DNA from: a virus
Taxonomy: Duplodnaviria > Caudoviricetes
Direction: 5' to 3' (one strand)
Virus record (IMG/VR): IMGVR_UViG_3300005611_002069
Location: 8,238-72,237 of that record
Length of the DNA stretch: 64,000 bases
How positions within the stretch are numbered: the stretch's first letter is position 1; the number at the start of each line of letters is the position of its first letter. A program made the position numbers and the translations under genes. The notes under the pieces are model-generated. The model had not been told where the DNA came from. It saw only the letters and a program-made list of their open reading frames with translations, and ran no database searches. Of this stretch, positions 9,655-19,423 are shown in pieces.

Positions 9655-10794
9655 ATGATTAAAATTAATTGTTTATCTAGTAACTCTATGATTAAACAAT
9701 TTTGTGAGACATTAAAAATTGATTGCGAAGTAAATGAAGACGCCGATTTATGTGAATATTACATAAAAGGTTATGATTTTAACTCTCAACCTGAGTTATT
9801 CTCAAAATTATTAAGTAAAATAGATTGGGAGTTTATTAGTAAAAATAATAAAAAACTTATCTTTACTCATTTGATTATATATCATTTAGCTAAATTTGAA
9901 GAAGTCTTAACTTACTACATTGAAAAATATAATTGTCAAGACAAGGTTTTTTGGTATAGTTTTAATCCTTACGAGCTAACTTTTAAAAGATTAAATAAAA
10001 AAATCAATATTGCTTATTTTGACCCCTTAAATCATATACATATGGAAGCTAATTTGCATATTGGTAAGTGGAGTTACTTTCAAGGTAGTGAATTAAAAAG
10101 TTTTAATGAAGCTGATAAATACTTTATATCAACAAATCATAGACACGCAACTCATAGAGTTCTTAGTAATCATTTATTAAATACTAAAAAACTAATCAAA
10201 AAAGGTTATTATTCATTTTATCCCCCAGAAAATAATATTTACCATAATAAGCAACAACTAATTATAGATTTTGAAAAAAATTTAGAATCAATAAATAATT
10301 ACAAACTAGATATAAATAAAATTTGTGATGATATGAATTTCACTCATTTACTCGACAAAAGTGTGGCATCTCATTTTGGACTATATCCATCTACTGCAAA
10401 ATTTTATGAAAGATCACTAGTAAGTCATGTTACAGAATCATCGGTGTCTAATACTGAAATATTCCTTACTGAAAAAACATATCTTCCTCTTTTGTTAGGA
10501 AGACCTTTTTTGCTTATCGGCAATAAAGATAGTTTAAAATTTTTAAAAAAATATTATGGATTTAAAACCTTTGATAAGATTTTTGACGAGTCCTATGATA
10601 ATGAAAAATGTTTTATAAAAAGAACCATGAAAGTTACAAACGAGCTTGATAAGTTTTGCTCTTTACCTTTTTCTGTAGCAAAAGAAAAAGTTGAAAGTAT
10701 TTCTCATATATTATTACATAATAGAAAAGTTTGCGAAAGTTTTAACCCTGCCTATTTGTTCAGGAAAATGATAATGAAAATAACAGAAGGATAG
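9655..10794 (+). CDS. putative GT-B glycosyltransferase (GT10-like C-terminal motif), marine-phage family
   Basis: VTES..IFLTEKTYLPLLLGRPFLLIG...GFKTF..FDESYD; paralogue at 39981-41186. Confidence 0.5.
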   Translation: MIKINCLSSNSMIKQFCETLKIDCEVNEDADLCEYYIKGYDFNSQPELFSKLLSKIDWEFISKNNKKLIFTHLIIYHLAKFEEVLTYYIEKYNCQDKVFWYSFNPYELTFKRLNKKINIAYFDPLNHIHMEANLHIGKWSYFQGSELKSFNEADKYFISTNHRHATHRVLSNHLLNTKKLIKKGYYSFYPPENNIYHNKQQLIIDFEKNLESINNYKLDINKICDDMNFTHLLDKSVASHFGLYPSTAKFYERSLVSHVTESSVSNTEIFLTEKTYLPLLLGRPFLLIGNKDSLKFLKKYYGFKTFDKIFDESYDNEKCFIKRTMKVTNELDKFCSLPFSVAKEKVESISHILLHNRKVCESFNPAYLFRKMIMKITEG

Positions 10795-10797
10795 TAT

Positions 10798-11460
10798 ATG
10801 TATGTAAGATTAATTAGTTATTCTAAACCAGATAACATTATTGGTATAGATAATATTCAAGATTTAATTGCTTATTGTGCTAGAGTTAGTAATCCCGCTA
10901 ACCAAATGAATAAGGAAACAAGTGAAAAATTGATAAGATATTTGATTAAACATGGACATTGGTCACCTCTTGAGATGGTGTCAGCCTGTTTAGAAATAGA
11001 AACTACTAGAGATATCGCACACCAAATAGTAAGACATCGTAGTTTCTCTTTCCAAGAATTTAGTCAACGTTATGCTAATCCCGCTGAGATGGGCGATCAG
11101 TTTGTTCTGCGTGAAGCAAGATTGCAAGATACTAAAAATCGTCAGAACTCTATTGATACTGACGATGTTAACCTTCAAGACAGCTGGGAAGTAATTCAAA
11201 AAGATGTTATAAATGCAGCAGAATTAGCTTATAACTGGGCACTAGAAAACGGTATTGCAAAAGAACAAGCAAGATCTGTATTACCTGAAGGCAACACTAG
11301 AACTAAACTTTATATGAATGGCTCTATAAGAAGTTGGGTACACTACATTGAATTACGAAGTGGTAATGGCACACAAAAAGAACATATGGAAATTGCAAGA
11401 GGCTGTGCTTATGAACTCAAATCTATATTCCCTATGATAATGGAATTTGTAAATGACTGA
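10798..11460 (+). CDS. thyX: flavin-dependent thymidylate synthase
   Basis: HWSPLE and RHRSFSFQEFSQRY signature. Confidence 0.95.
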   Translation: MYVRLISYSKPDNIIGIDNIQDLIAYCARVSNPANQMNKETSEKLIRYLIKHGHWSPLEMVSACLEIETTRDIAHQIVRHRSFSFQEFSQRYANPAEMGDQFVLREARLQDTKNRQNSIDTDDVNLQDSWEVIQKDVINAAELAYNWALENGIAKEQARSVLPEGNTRTKLYMNGSIRSWVHYIELRSGNGTQKEHMEIARGCAYELKSIFPMIMEFVND

Positions 11461-12007
11461 ATACGATTCTACTAAAGAATGGCAAAAACTTTATGAAGAT
11501 ATTGAACCAAAACTTTATGAAGACAGTGAGCCAGAACGTTATTATGATTGGATGTTATGGAAATTGAGACAAGAAAGAAAAAAAGAAGAAGAGAAAAAAT
11601 ATATTTATGAGTCGCCTGACAAAGGCAAAACAATTTATAGACGAGAAATGGGCAGTATGAAAAAAGAAAAATTAGTACAAAAAGATAAATCTCCTTTTAT
11701 TCAATACGGTAAAGATGAGCATGAAGTATATCTATCAGCCGATGCTGTAGAAAAATTATCTAAACAAAATGGAACTGTGTCAATCAATGACATGGTAAAC
11801 CACCCACCACACTATAACAAAGGCATAGAAACAAATGACTATATAAAGTCATGGGATATGAACTATGCTCAAGGTAATGTAATTAAATATGTTACTAGAT
11901 ATAATTTAAAACATAGCGATAAAAGAAAACAAAGAGAAGATTTAAGTAAAGCCAAATGGTATCTTAATGATTTAATTACTCAGCTGGAAGAGTCCATCAA
12001 AGATTAA
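11453..12007 (+). CDS. DUF3310 (T7 gp1.7-like nucleotide kinase domain) with N-terminal extension
   Basis: DMVNHPPHY..GIETNDYI..YAQGNVIKYVTRY..EDLSKAKWYL. Confidence 0.8.
   Translation: MTEYDSTKEWQKLYEDIEPKLYEDSEPERYYDWMLWKLRQERKKEEEKKYIYESPDKGKTIYRREMGSMKKEKLVQKDKSPFIQYGKDEHEVYLSADAVEKLSKQNGTVSINDMVNHPPHYNKGIETNDYIKSWDMNYAQGNVIKYVTRYNLKHSDKRKQREDLSKAKWYLNDLITQLEESIKD
11485..11532 (+). repeat. 24-bp tandem duplication (21/24 identical) encoding KLYEDIEP/KLYEDSEP
   Basis: aaaactttatgaagatattgaacc followed by aaaactttatgaagacagtgagcc. Confidence 0.85.
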
Positions 12008-12015
12008 CTTTAAAC

Positions 12016-12044
12016 TTTCTTAATGATTAATTTTTTTATATTAT
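12016..12044 (+). promoter_or_regulatory. sigma70-like promoter for ligase, possibly giving a leaderless mRNA
   Basis: TTTCTT-17 bp-TATTAT; ATG at 12051; no SD. Confidence 0.45.
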
Positions 12045-12050
12045 ATTTAT

Positions 12051-13781
12051 ATGAATTACAAAGAACTCAAAGAGCTAATCCAAAAGCACAACAAAGCATA
12101 TTATGACAACTCAGCCTCTGCAATAGCAGATGCCGACTACGATCAGCTATATGACAAGTTGGAGGCTGTGGAGAAGGCTCAAGGTTGGAGAGACCACGAT
12201 TCACCTACAAAGCACGTAGGTGGCGCTCCAGGTAAGGTAAAACATCCTTATAAACTATACTCACTTCGTAAAGTGTTTAACGAAGATGAAGTAGATAGTT
12301 TTATGAGTATCAAACTCCCGAAGATTGATGGCACTAATCTTTCTCTAATTTACCGTAATGGAAAATTAAAGATGGGTTTGACCAGAGGTAACGGTGAACA
12401 TGGTAAAGATGTCTCGCATCTTATCGGAATGTTAAAAGGGTGTCCTACAAAAATTGATACACAATATGAAGAAGTTGTAATCAATGGAGAGTGTGTAACT
12501 GACAATACAGTAGATAATTATCGAAACTATGTTAGTGGTGCGCTTGGTCTTGACAGTCCTTCTGAGTTTGCTCAAAGAAACATAAAGTTTATTGCACATG
12601 ATTGGCTTGGTGTAAACATGAATTACACTCCAAGAATGAAAGTAATAAAAAATATGGGTTTCTTTACTGTGTTAGATGCAGAATCATGGAACTATCCTAT
12701 GGACGGCACTGTGTTCAGAACTGATAGCTGGGAAAAAGAACAAACTCTAGGACATACTGGAAAGTATCCTAGATTTGCAGTAGCTCTTAAACAAAGAGAA
12801 ACTGAAACAGCAATTACTACTTTACAAGATGTTCTTTGGACAATTGGTAGAACAGGTAGTGTTAACCCAACAGCTGTAGTAGAACCTGTAGTAGTAGAAG
12901 ATGCTACTATATCAAGGATAACTTTGCACAACATAGATTTCATTGAGCAACACGATCTAGGCTTAGGTGATACTATCAAGATTGAAAGATCAGGTGGTGT
13001 TATTCCTAAGTTCCTAGAAGTGATTGAACACTCTAAACACAATCTTAAAATTAATCAAGCACACGCAGAAAAAGCCATTGGACAAAAAGTTGTAAGAGAT
13101 GGCCCAAAACTAATGACAAAAAGTGGTGAAGGAGATTCAGTTAAGTTTTTAGAATACTTTATAAGAACCATGCAAATAAAAGGTCTTGGCCCTGCATCAA
13201 TTAAAAAATTAGGACTTATGCACCCCGTAGATTTATACAGTAACGTAAACTGGGATAGACTAGGTGCAAATGGCGCAAAGATTGAACAAGAGATTGAAAG
13301 AACTAAGACTAAACCTTATATGACTGTATTAGCAGCATTAGGAATTGAAGGTGTAGGTAACGGGGGAGCTAAACTTATTATTCCCCACATTCCAGCTTTC
13401 AGAAATTTAAGAGATATTGAATTTGCAGAGATCAAAGGAATTGGTCCTCGCACAAAAGAATCTATACTTTCTTGGTTAGACGAAAACGAAGAATGGGTAC
13501 TCGAACTGCCATTACAACTTGAACAAGAAGTAACGGTAGAAGAAGTATCTCAAACTGTAAAAAAAGTCTGTATTACTGGAAAGCTAGATATGACTCGCAA
13601 TCAACTTGTGAGTATTTTAGAGCCTTTAGGGTTTAAAAATACAAGTACTGTAACAAAGGACTGTTATGCCCTAATTACAGGAGATACTGGTAGTTCAAAA
13701 CATACCCGTGCTACTCAACTAGGTGTTAAGATAATTGACTATTGGTCAAGTAAAAAAAATGTGTTATCTGGTGATTTTTAA
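12051..13781 (+). CDS. ligA: NAD-dependent DNA ligase (single ORF; split in T5)
   Basis: KIDG adenylation motif, TRGNG, WTIGRTG, TLHN, RSGGVIP, C-terminal BRCT (VCITGKL). Confidence 0.95.
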   Translation: MNYKELKELIQKHNKAYYDNSASAIADADYDQLYDKLEAVEKAQGWRDHDSPTKHVGGAPGKVKHPYKLYSLRKVFNEDEVDSFMSIKLPKIDGTNLSLIYRNGKLKMGLTRGNGEHGKDVSHLIGMLKGCPTKIDTQYEEVVINGECVTDNTVDNYRNYVSGALGLDSPSEFAQRNIKFIAHDWLGVNMNYTPRMKVIKNMGFFTVLDAESWNYPMDGTVFRTDSWEKEQTLGHTGKYPRFAVALKQRETETAITTLQDVLWTIGRTGSVNPTAVVEPVVVEDATISRITLHNIDFIEQHDLGLGDTIKIERSGGVIPKFLEVIEHSKHNLKINQAHAEKAIGQKVVRDGPKLMTKSGEGDSVKFLEYFIRTMQIKGLGPASIKKLGLMHPVDLYSNVNWDRLGANGAKIEQEIERTKTKPYMTVLAALGIEGVGNGGAKLIIPHIPAFRNLRDIEFAEIKGIGPRTKESILSWLDENEEWVLELPLQLEQEVTVEEVSQTVKKVCITGKLDMTRNQLVSILEPLGFKNTSTVTKDCYALITGDTGSSKHTRATQLGVKIIDYWSSKKNVLSGDF

Positions 13782-13825
13782 TAAAAATAAAAATAACCAA
13801 GAAACCACAATAAGTTAATTTGTAG

Positions 13826-13854
13826 TTGCTTGTAATATAAATCTTAGATATACT
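13826..13854 (+). promoter_or_regulatory. T5-type sigma70 promoter for D5
   Basis: TTGCTT-17 bp-TATACT with an A/T-rich upstream tract. Confidence 0.8.
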
Positions 13855-13866
13855 CTTTATATCAAG

Positions 13867-13891
13867 TCAAGAAGAGAACAAAACTTCTTGA
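13867..13891 (+). promoter_or_regulatory. inverted repeat in D5 5' leader
   Basis: tcaagaag-9 nt-cttcttga perfect 8-bp stem just after the predicted TSS. Confidence 0.55.
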
Positions 13892-13924
13892 GTACATTAA
13901 CAAAAGTTCGAAAGGAACACTAAT

Positions 13925-14608
13925 ATGTCAAAATTTGAATACACTGAAGACATGGTTAGCTCAATGCACGATGCGGCTGCATCAGGTGTTACTGAGGAAA
14001 TCATCGAAAATCTTATGGGTGAGTTTGACTTCCCAAGACGTTCTGTAACCGCTAAATTAAGAAAACTAGGTTATGACGTTCCTAAAAAGCCAGGAGCTGC
14101 TCCTGTATTTTCAGCTGAAGAAACTGCTGAGTTATCTGAATATCTTCAAGCAAACTCAGGCACTATGACTGCTGAAGAAATTTCCGAAAGTTTTGCTGAC
14201 GGAAAATTTACTGCAAGACAAATTAACGGTAAGGCTCTTTCATTAGAGATGACTTCACACGTTAAACCTGCAGAAAAGAAAGTTACACCGAGAACCTATT
14301 CTGAAGAAGAAGAAGGTACTATTCAATCAATGGTTGATGACGGTAAGTATCTTGAAGAAATCGCTGAGTCAGTTGGAAGAACTGTCAACTCAGTGAGAGG
14401 TAAATTACTTTCTATGGGTCTTAAAGCTCCGCAAAGAGATAAAAAGACTACTAAAAGTGATCCTTATGAGGGTATCGAAGATATGCTCGATCAAACTGTT
14501 GAGCAATTGGCAGAAGCATTTGACAAAACTGTCAGAGGCGTAAAAACAGTACTTACAAGACGTGCTCTTGCTTGTGCTGATTATACTCCAAAGTCTGCTC
14601 AAGACTAA
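13925..14608 (+). CDS. T5 D5-like multi-HTH transcription regulator
   Basis: RSVTAKLRKLGYDV, RQINGKALSLEMT..VKP, RGVK..LTRR match T5 D5; follows ligase as in T5. Confidence 0.88.
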   Translation: MSKFEYTEDMVSSMHDAAASGVTEEIIENLMGEFDFPRRSVTAKLRKLGYDVPKKPGAAPVFSAEETAELSEYLQANSGTMTAEEISESFADGKFTARQINGKALSLEMTSHVKPAEKKVTPRTYSEEEEGTIQSMVDDGKYLEEIAESVGRTVNSVRGKLLSMGLKAPQRDKKTTKSDPYEGIEDMLDQTVEQLAEAFDKTVRGVKTVLTRRALACADYTPKSAQD

Positions 14609-14618
14609 TTTACCTTTA

Positions 14619-14654
14619 AAGAGAGTCAGGAATATCTTGACTCTCTTCTTTTTT
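14619..14654 (+). terminator. rho-independent terminator after D5
   Basis: aagagagtca/tgactctctt 10-bp stem followed by a T-tract. Confidence 0.8.
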
Positions 14655-14657
14655 CAT

Positions 14658-14954
14658 ATGCTCTTGCAAGATATTTCAAATGAAGACTTAGATTCTATAT
14701 TGGGTATGTCCTTACCTGGTAAGAAATCTTTTTTTGCCAAAATGATAAACAAACATTTTCCAGAGTTAAAAGAAGAAGATCCCATGTACAAAGACACTTT
14801 AGAGGCTTATCTTTCTAGTTTTTATGTCGAAAAACTATATCGCTCTAACAAATTTTTCCAAGAAAAGTTTGTAATGGTTTATACGAACACTGGTCTTGTT
14901 CGTAATGTTATTAACGAATTGTATTTCACAGACGACCATCTCATCACACATTAA
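14658..14954 (+). CDS. hypothetical protein (likely start 14658, not 14562)
   Basis: ATG just after the terminator; the upstream extension would cross the D5 stop and terminator. Confidence 0.6.
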   Translation: MLLQDISNEDLDSILGMSLPGKKSFFAKMINKHFPELKEEDPMYKDTLEAYLSSFYVEKLYRSNKFFQEKFVMVYTNTGLVRNVINELYFTDDHLITH

Positions 14955-14956
14955 AC

Positions 14957-14985
14957 TTGCTAAACTGTTGACTTTTTAGTATAAT
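14957..14985 (+). promoter_or_regulatory. sigma70 promoter for the helicase-primase-polymerase block
   Basis: TTGCTA-17 bp-TATAAT, then a GAGGAG SD before ATG 15010. Confidence 0.8.
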
Positions 14986-15009
14986 CTAAATACTAGAGGA
15001 GTATTTAAC

Positions 15010-15804
15010 ATGGCAAGAAACCCAATCAAAGCAGATATACCTGAAGCTAAAATTCGTCAAGCAATTTGGATGCTAAAGGTTAATAAAACCAAAAAAGCAG
15101 TATGCGAGCATTTAGGTATTGCATATAATACTAAAAGACTTGACGCTATTATTGAAAATTTTCACGACAGATTAGCAAAAGAGGCTGCCCTTAAAAAAGC
15201 GGCTAGAACTAAAGTATTCACAACTGCAGAGAAACAATCCATTGTTGATTCATATCTGAGTGGAGATGCTCAATCAGCAATAGCTAAGTTACATCATATT
15301 TCTCCTGCAAGAGTCAAAAAAATATTAATTGAAATGAATATACCTATTAGAGCAAGAGGTAAAAATAAAGCTGCAAATGTTGAACACGTTATTCAAGACT
15401 TAGAAGTAAAATTTAAAAAAGGCGATAAAGTGTTCTATGCTGAAAAAAATTGTTTTATGCAAATTAGAGAAGTTTATGATGAAGATTGGTTAGACTTTCA
15501 TGAAAATGGTTTTCAAAAATATATTGATATATACCCATTCAAACCTAATCCAAAAACTGGCATGGCTGGTAACTATCATGAGCCTGCTCAAGGAGTTCAC
15601 TATGAGATATACTGGATGCTTGATGGCGAAACTTTACCTACTAGAAAACTTAATGCGTTCTTGCATCAACGTGATAAAGTTAGTAAAATATTAGAAGAAA
15701 CAGGCAGAGAAAGTTATTTAACTTATCAGCTTGGCGATAATGGTGGTTATGCCACTCTCAAAAGAGATGTTCTATTTCCCGTAAAGGCTATTAATGGCAA
15801 TTGA
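15010..15804 (+). CDS. hypothetical protein with HTH-like segment
   Basis: AQSAIAKLHHISPARVKKIL HTH-like segment; strong SD. Confidence 0.6.
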   Translation: MARNPIKADIPEAKIRQAIWMLKVNKTKKAVCEHLGIAYNTKRLDAIIENFHDRLAKEAALKKAARTKVFTTAEKQSIVDSYLSGDAQSAIAKLHHISPARVKKILIEMNIPIRARGKNKAANVEHVIQDLEVKFKKGDKVFYAEKNCFMQIREVYDEDWLDFHENGFQKYIDIYPFKPNPKTGMAGNYHEPAQGVHYEIYWMLDGETLPTRKLNAFLHQRDKVSKILEETGRESYLTYQLGDNGGYATLKRDVLFPVKAINGN

Positions 15805-17182
15805 TTTACAAAAACTCACTTTAAGACGATTGCTGGACACTCAAAGTAACGATCTATATTCAAGGTTACTTAATCAGTATTTTACGGGTATTAATCTTAC
15901 TTTGTTTGAAAAAGTAAAATCTTTTTACAAAGCAAATATGCGACTACCTAGCACTGATGAAATATTGAGTCTACGGAAAGATATAGGGTTACAAGAGTAT
16001 ATTGAAAATCAAATTGTAAATGATGAAAATGTTTGTGACCAAATACAGAATGAGTTTTTAGTCTCACAACTACAAGATTATTATATTCGTGATGAAACTA
16101 TACATTTTATGGATAAGTTTGTGGATCGTCTTGATGATTTAGAAAAAGTAGAAATTGTAGATCAATTTCAAAATCATTTATTACACCTAAATCAAGCTAT
16201 ACCTTACAATGATGAATTATATGACATAGCTGAATTAGACTTTTTTCCTTCTGAAGATGATTTCAAAATATTTCCTTCAGGTCTTAGTGCTGAATTTGAC
16301 GCAGTTAATGGTGGTTTTGCTACACAAGAACTAGTATTACTAGGAGGGCGTAGAGGTTCGGGTAAGTCTATTATATCACTTAATATGGCGCTAAATAGAT
16401 TTTTAGAAGGTAATACTGTTGCTTTTTTTACTATAGAAATGAGATACAAAGAAGTTTACGATAGAGTTCTTTCTATAATTAGTGAAGTTCCTTTCTTAGA
16501 TATATTTAGGAATAAAACTACAGCACAACAAAAGATTGCTATGGCTAAAGCAAAGTTTAAGCATTTTTATAAACCTTCAAAAAAGATTGACGAACTGTTG
16601 AAAGAGCTAGAATATACTAAGGACTTTAAACTATTTGAACAAAAATTAAAAGTAGAAAAACCAGCAATGACAGATCATAGACTGTTTATGATTGATGATG
16701 AATCTTTGACTTTAAACAGAATAGATCACTACTGTAACATGTTCAGTTCTAAATATCCTAATTATAATCTTGCAGTTGTTGATTACGTCAATATAATAAA
16801 ACATGATGATCAAAAAAATTGGCAAACTCAAATAACTATTGCAGAGAATCTTAAATCATTATCAAGAAAATATGATTTAACTATGATATCACCTTATCAG
16901 ATAGATGCAACTGGCGAAGCTAGATTTGCAAAAGGTATTTTAGATTCTGCTGATAGGAGTTTCAACTTTTTTCCTCCACCTGAAGATGAAGATAGACAAC
17001 TAAATAATAAAATTACAATACATACGACAAAGATTAGAAACGGAAAACATATGAGTTTTGATGTTTACATGAATTGGCCGTGTGTAAAAATAGACCCAGC
17101 ACAATCAAATGTAATAAACGAAAAACCTCACGATGCTGTGAAGTTTGGAACAGATAAAAAAGAAGGATCAAAAGATATATGA
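15794..17182 (+). CDS. DnaB-like replicative helicase (T5 D6)
   Basis: GRRGSGKS Walker A, FTIEM, VVDYVN Walker B, KIRNG. Confidence 0.92.
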   Translation: MAIDLQKLTLRRLLDTQSNDLYSRLLNQYFTGINLTLFEKVKSFYKANMRLPSTDEILSLRKDIGLQEYIENQIVNDENVCDQIQNEFLVSQLQDYYIRDETIHFMDKFVDRLDDLEKVEIVDQFQNHLLHLNQAIPYNDELYDIAELDFFPSEDDFKIFPSGLSAEFDAVNGGFATQELVLLGGRRGSGKSIISLNMALNRFLEGNTVAFFTIEMRYKEVYDRVLSIISEVPFLDIFRNKTTAQQKIAMAKAKFKHFYKPSKKIDELLKELEYTKDFKLFEQKLKVEKPAMTDHRLFMIDDESLTLNRIDHYCNMFSSKYPNYNLAVVDYVNIIKHDDQKNWQTQITIAENLKSLSRKYDLTMISPYQIDATGEARFAKGILDSADRSFNFFPPPEDEDRQLNNKITIHTTKIRNGKHMSFDVYMNWPCVKIDPAQSNVINEKPHDAVKFGTDKKEGSKDI

Positions 17183-17370
17183 ACAGTTTAGAAGAAAAAT
17201 TAAATAAATTAAAAAAATTATTAACCGAGCAACAACATCTTAAGAACCCTTTAGAAGTGTGGGATTATTTCTTAAAACTAATTCGGTACTGGGGTGTGTG
17301 TGATAATAGTCAGCGACTATTCTTAGATAAAGCAAAAATGATATTGTTGAATAATAAAAAATGGATTTAA
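17179..17370 (+). CDS. hypothetical protein
   Basis: 63-aa ORF coupled to helicase and primase. Confidence 0.55.
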   Translation: MNSLEEKLNKLKKLLTEQQHLKNPLEVWDYFLKLIRYWGVCDNSQRLFLDKAKMILLNNKKWI

Positions 17371-18218
17371 AAGAAATATTAGATAAAAGGGGTGTTGAAT
17401 ATAAAAATACAAATAACCCTAGTGAAATATTAATATCTTGTACAAGTGGTTTACATGATGATAAATCGCCTTCATTATCCTATTCTCTTGAAAAAAATGT
17501 ATTTCATTGTTGGAGTTGCGGTTTTGGAGGAGGTGTATCAAAATTTCTAGAAAGTATAGGAGAAATTACTAGAATACCTGTAGAGAGTAAACAACCCTTT
17601 AAAATACAAAAACTAAAAACTAAAATTAAGGCTGTAATTGAGATAGATGAGGTAAAACTTCCTAAAACGAGACAAACTTTTATAGGAGAATTCAAAAACA
17701 TTTCAGGCGCAACGTTAAAAGAATTTCAAGCATTTACTACAGAAGAATTACAATTACATAATTATATTTGTGTTCCGATATATCAATTTGGTAAATTAAA
17801 ATTTATTGAAGGAAGATATATGGGAAACGTATCTTCACAACCTAAATATTATAGACGACCTGCAAAAGGTAAGGTTAATAATATACTTTTTCCTTTAGAT
17901 AAAGTAAAAAATACGAATTATATAATTTTAGTTGAAGGATTATTTGATATGTTAAATATGTGGCAGTTAGGTTATAAAAATACTCTATGTATTTTTGGTG
18001 CATCTAATTTTGGTAGAATTAAACTAGACCTAGTAGATAAAATTGGAGTAAATCGAGTTGACATCATGATGGATCCAGATGCTCCTGGACAAATGGCTGC
18101 TGATAAGATACAATCTTTATTAGATTCAAAAAATATTTATTCAAGAATAATAAAGTTACCATTAGGACATGATCCTGGTGATATAACTAAAGATATGGCA
18201 GAGGCAGTGTTAAAATGA
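17361..18218 (+). CDS. DNA primase (CHC2 Zn finger + TOPRIM)
   Basis: C..LHDDKSPSL..FHCWSC; VEGLFD; MDPDAPG. Confidence 0.92.
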   Translation: MDLKEILDKRGVEYKNTNNPSEILISCTSGLHDDKSPSLSYSLEKNVFHCWSCGFGGGVSKFLESIGEITRIPVESKQPFKIQKLKTKIKAVIEIDEVKLPKTRQTFIGEFKNISGATLKEFQAFTTEELQLHNYICVPIYQFGKLKFIEGRYMGNVSSQPKYYRRPAKGKVNNILFPLDKVKNTNYIILVEGLFDMLNMWQLGYKNTLCIFGASNFGRIKLDLVDKIGVNRVDIMMDPDAPGQMAADKIQSLLDSKNIYSRIIKLPLGHDPGDITKDMAEAVLK

Positions 18219-19423
18219 AATTAGCAATCATTGGAGCAGGAGTTACAGGTATAACTACTGCATATTTTTTACGAAAAGCAGGACACGAGGTCACTGTAAT
18301 AGATGCAAACATGCATCCTGCTATGCTTGCATCTCATGCTAACGGAGGACAACTATCTTCATCAAATGCAGAAGTATGGAACTCTTGGGCAAATGTATAT
18401 AAGGGTATAAAATGGTCATTTAAAAGAGATGCTCCACTAAAAATGAGATATGACTTAGATTTCAAAAAATATAAGTGGCTAATACAATTTATGTCTAATA
18501 TAAAACATGCAGAAGAAAACACTATTGAAACCACTCGTATGGCGATGGAGTCTATTCATTTAATGAGAACTGAGTTTTCAGACATAGATTATGAACAAAG
18601 TGATTGTGGTATTATGCATATCTATAAGAACAAAAAAGAATTAAATCATGCAAGAAGGGTAAACGAACTTTATAAAAAAGGCGGATTATCTCGAACAGAA
18701 ATTAATCCTAATATGATGAAATTAAAAGAACCAAACATAGTGACTGATGATTGTATTGGTGGCATGTGGACTGGTTATGACGGTGTTGGAGATATTCATA
18801 AATTTTGTGTGAACCTAGCTAAAAAGTGTGAAAAAATGGGAGTTAAATTTAGATATGACACTAGGATTGACTGGTACCATAAAGCACCTATGGGGTTAAG
18901 TACAAAAATGAAGAGGTGGAGGCTTACAGATAGAAATAAAAATGATCTACATTATGAAGGACTAGTAATTTGTGGAGGTGTATATTCTAGAAAAATAGGA
19001 AGAGAATTAGGAGACAATATACCGATATACCCAGTAAAAGGATATTCTGTTAGTATTAATATAAAAGGTCAAGAACATCTTGCACCAAAGGTATCACTAT
19101 TAGATGATGAAGCTAAGATAGTCACATCAACTCTAGGTAGTGTACTAAGAGTAGCAGGAACTGCAGAATTTAATGGGCAAAATAGAGATATAAGAATAGA
19201 TAGAATTACACCATTAATGAATTGGGTAAGGAAACATTTTCCAAAATTAGAACTACGAGACTACAAGTCTTGGGCAGGATTAAGACCTATGACACCTAAC
19301 ATGATGCCTATAGTTAAAATTGGCAAATGCCCAAATGTTTGGTACAATACAGGACATGGACATTTAGGATGGACACTAAGTGCATACACAGCAAGACAAA
19401 TAACGGAGATAATAGATGAGTGA
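18215..19423 (+). CDS. dadA: FAD-dependent D-amino acid dehydrogenase
   Basis: GAGVTG, ASHANGGQLS, IYPVKGYS, WAGLRPMTP, NTGHGHLGWT. Confidence 0.88.
   Translation: MKLAIIGAGVTGITTAYFLRKAGHEVTVIDANMHPAMLASHANGGQLSSSNAEVWNSWANVYKGIKWSFKRDAPLKMRYDLDFKKYKWLIQFMSNIKHAEENTIETTRMAMESIHLMRTEFSDIDYEQSDCGIMHIYKNKKELNHARRVNELYKKGGLSRTEINPNMMKLKEPNIVTDDCIGGMWTGYDGVGDIHKFCVNLAKKCEKMGVKFRYDTRIDWYHKAPMGLSTKMKRWRLTDRNKNDLHYEGLVICGGVYSRKIGRELGDNIPIYPVKGYSVSINIKGQEHLAPKVSLLDDEAKIVTSTLGSVLRVAGTAEFNGQNRDIRIDRITPLMNWVRKHFPKLELRDYKSWAGLRPMTPNMMPIVKIGKCPNVWYNTGHGHLGWTLSAYTARQITEIIDE

Noticed and set aside
12692-13042. Antisense ORFs within early genes (e.g. 1360, 2387, 12692, 37388, 42199)
   Set aside because: Typical reverse-strand shadows of well-supported genes
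14562-14657. N-terminal extension of the 130-aa ORF
   Set aside because: Overlaps the D5 end and spans the terminator; ATG 14658 is more plausible
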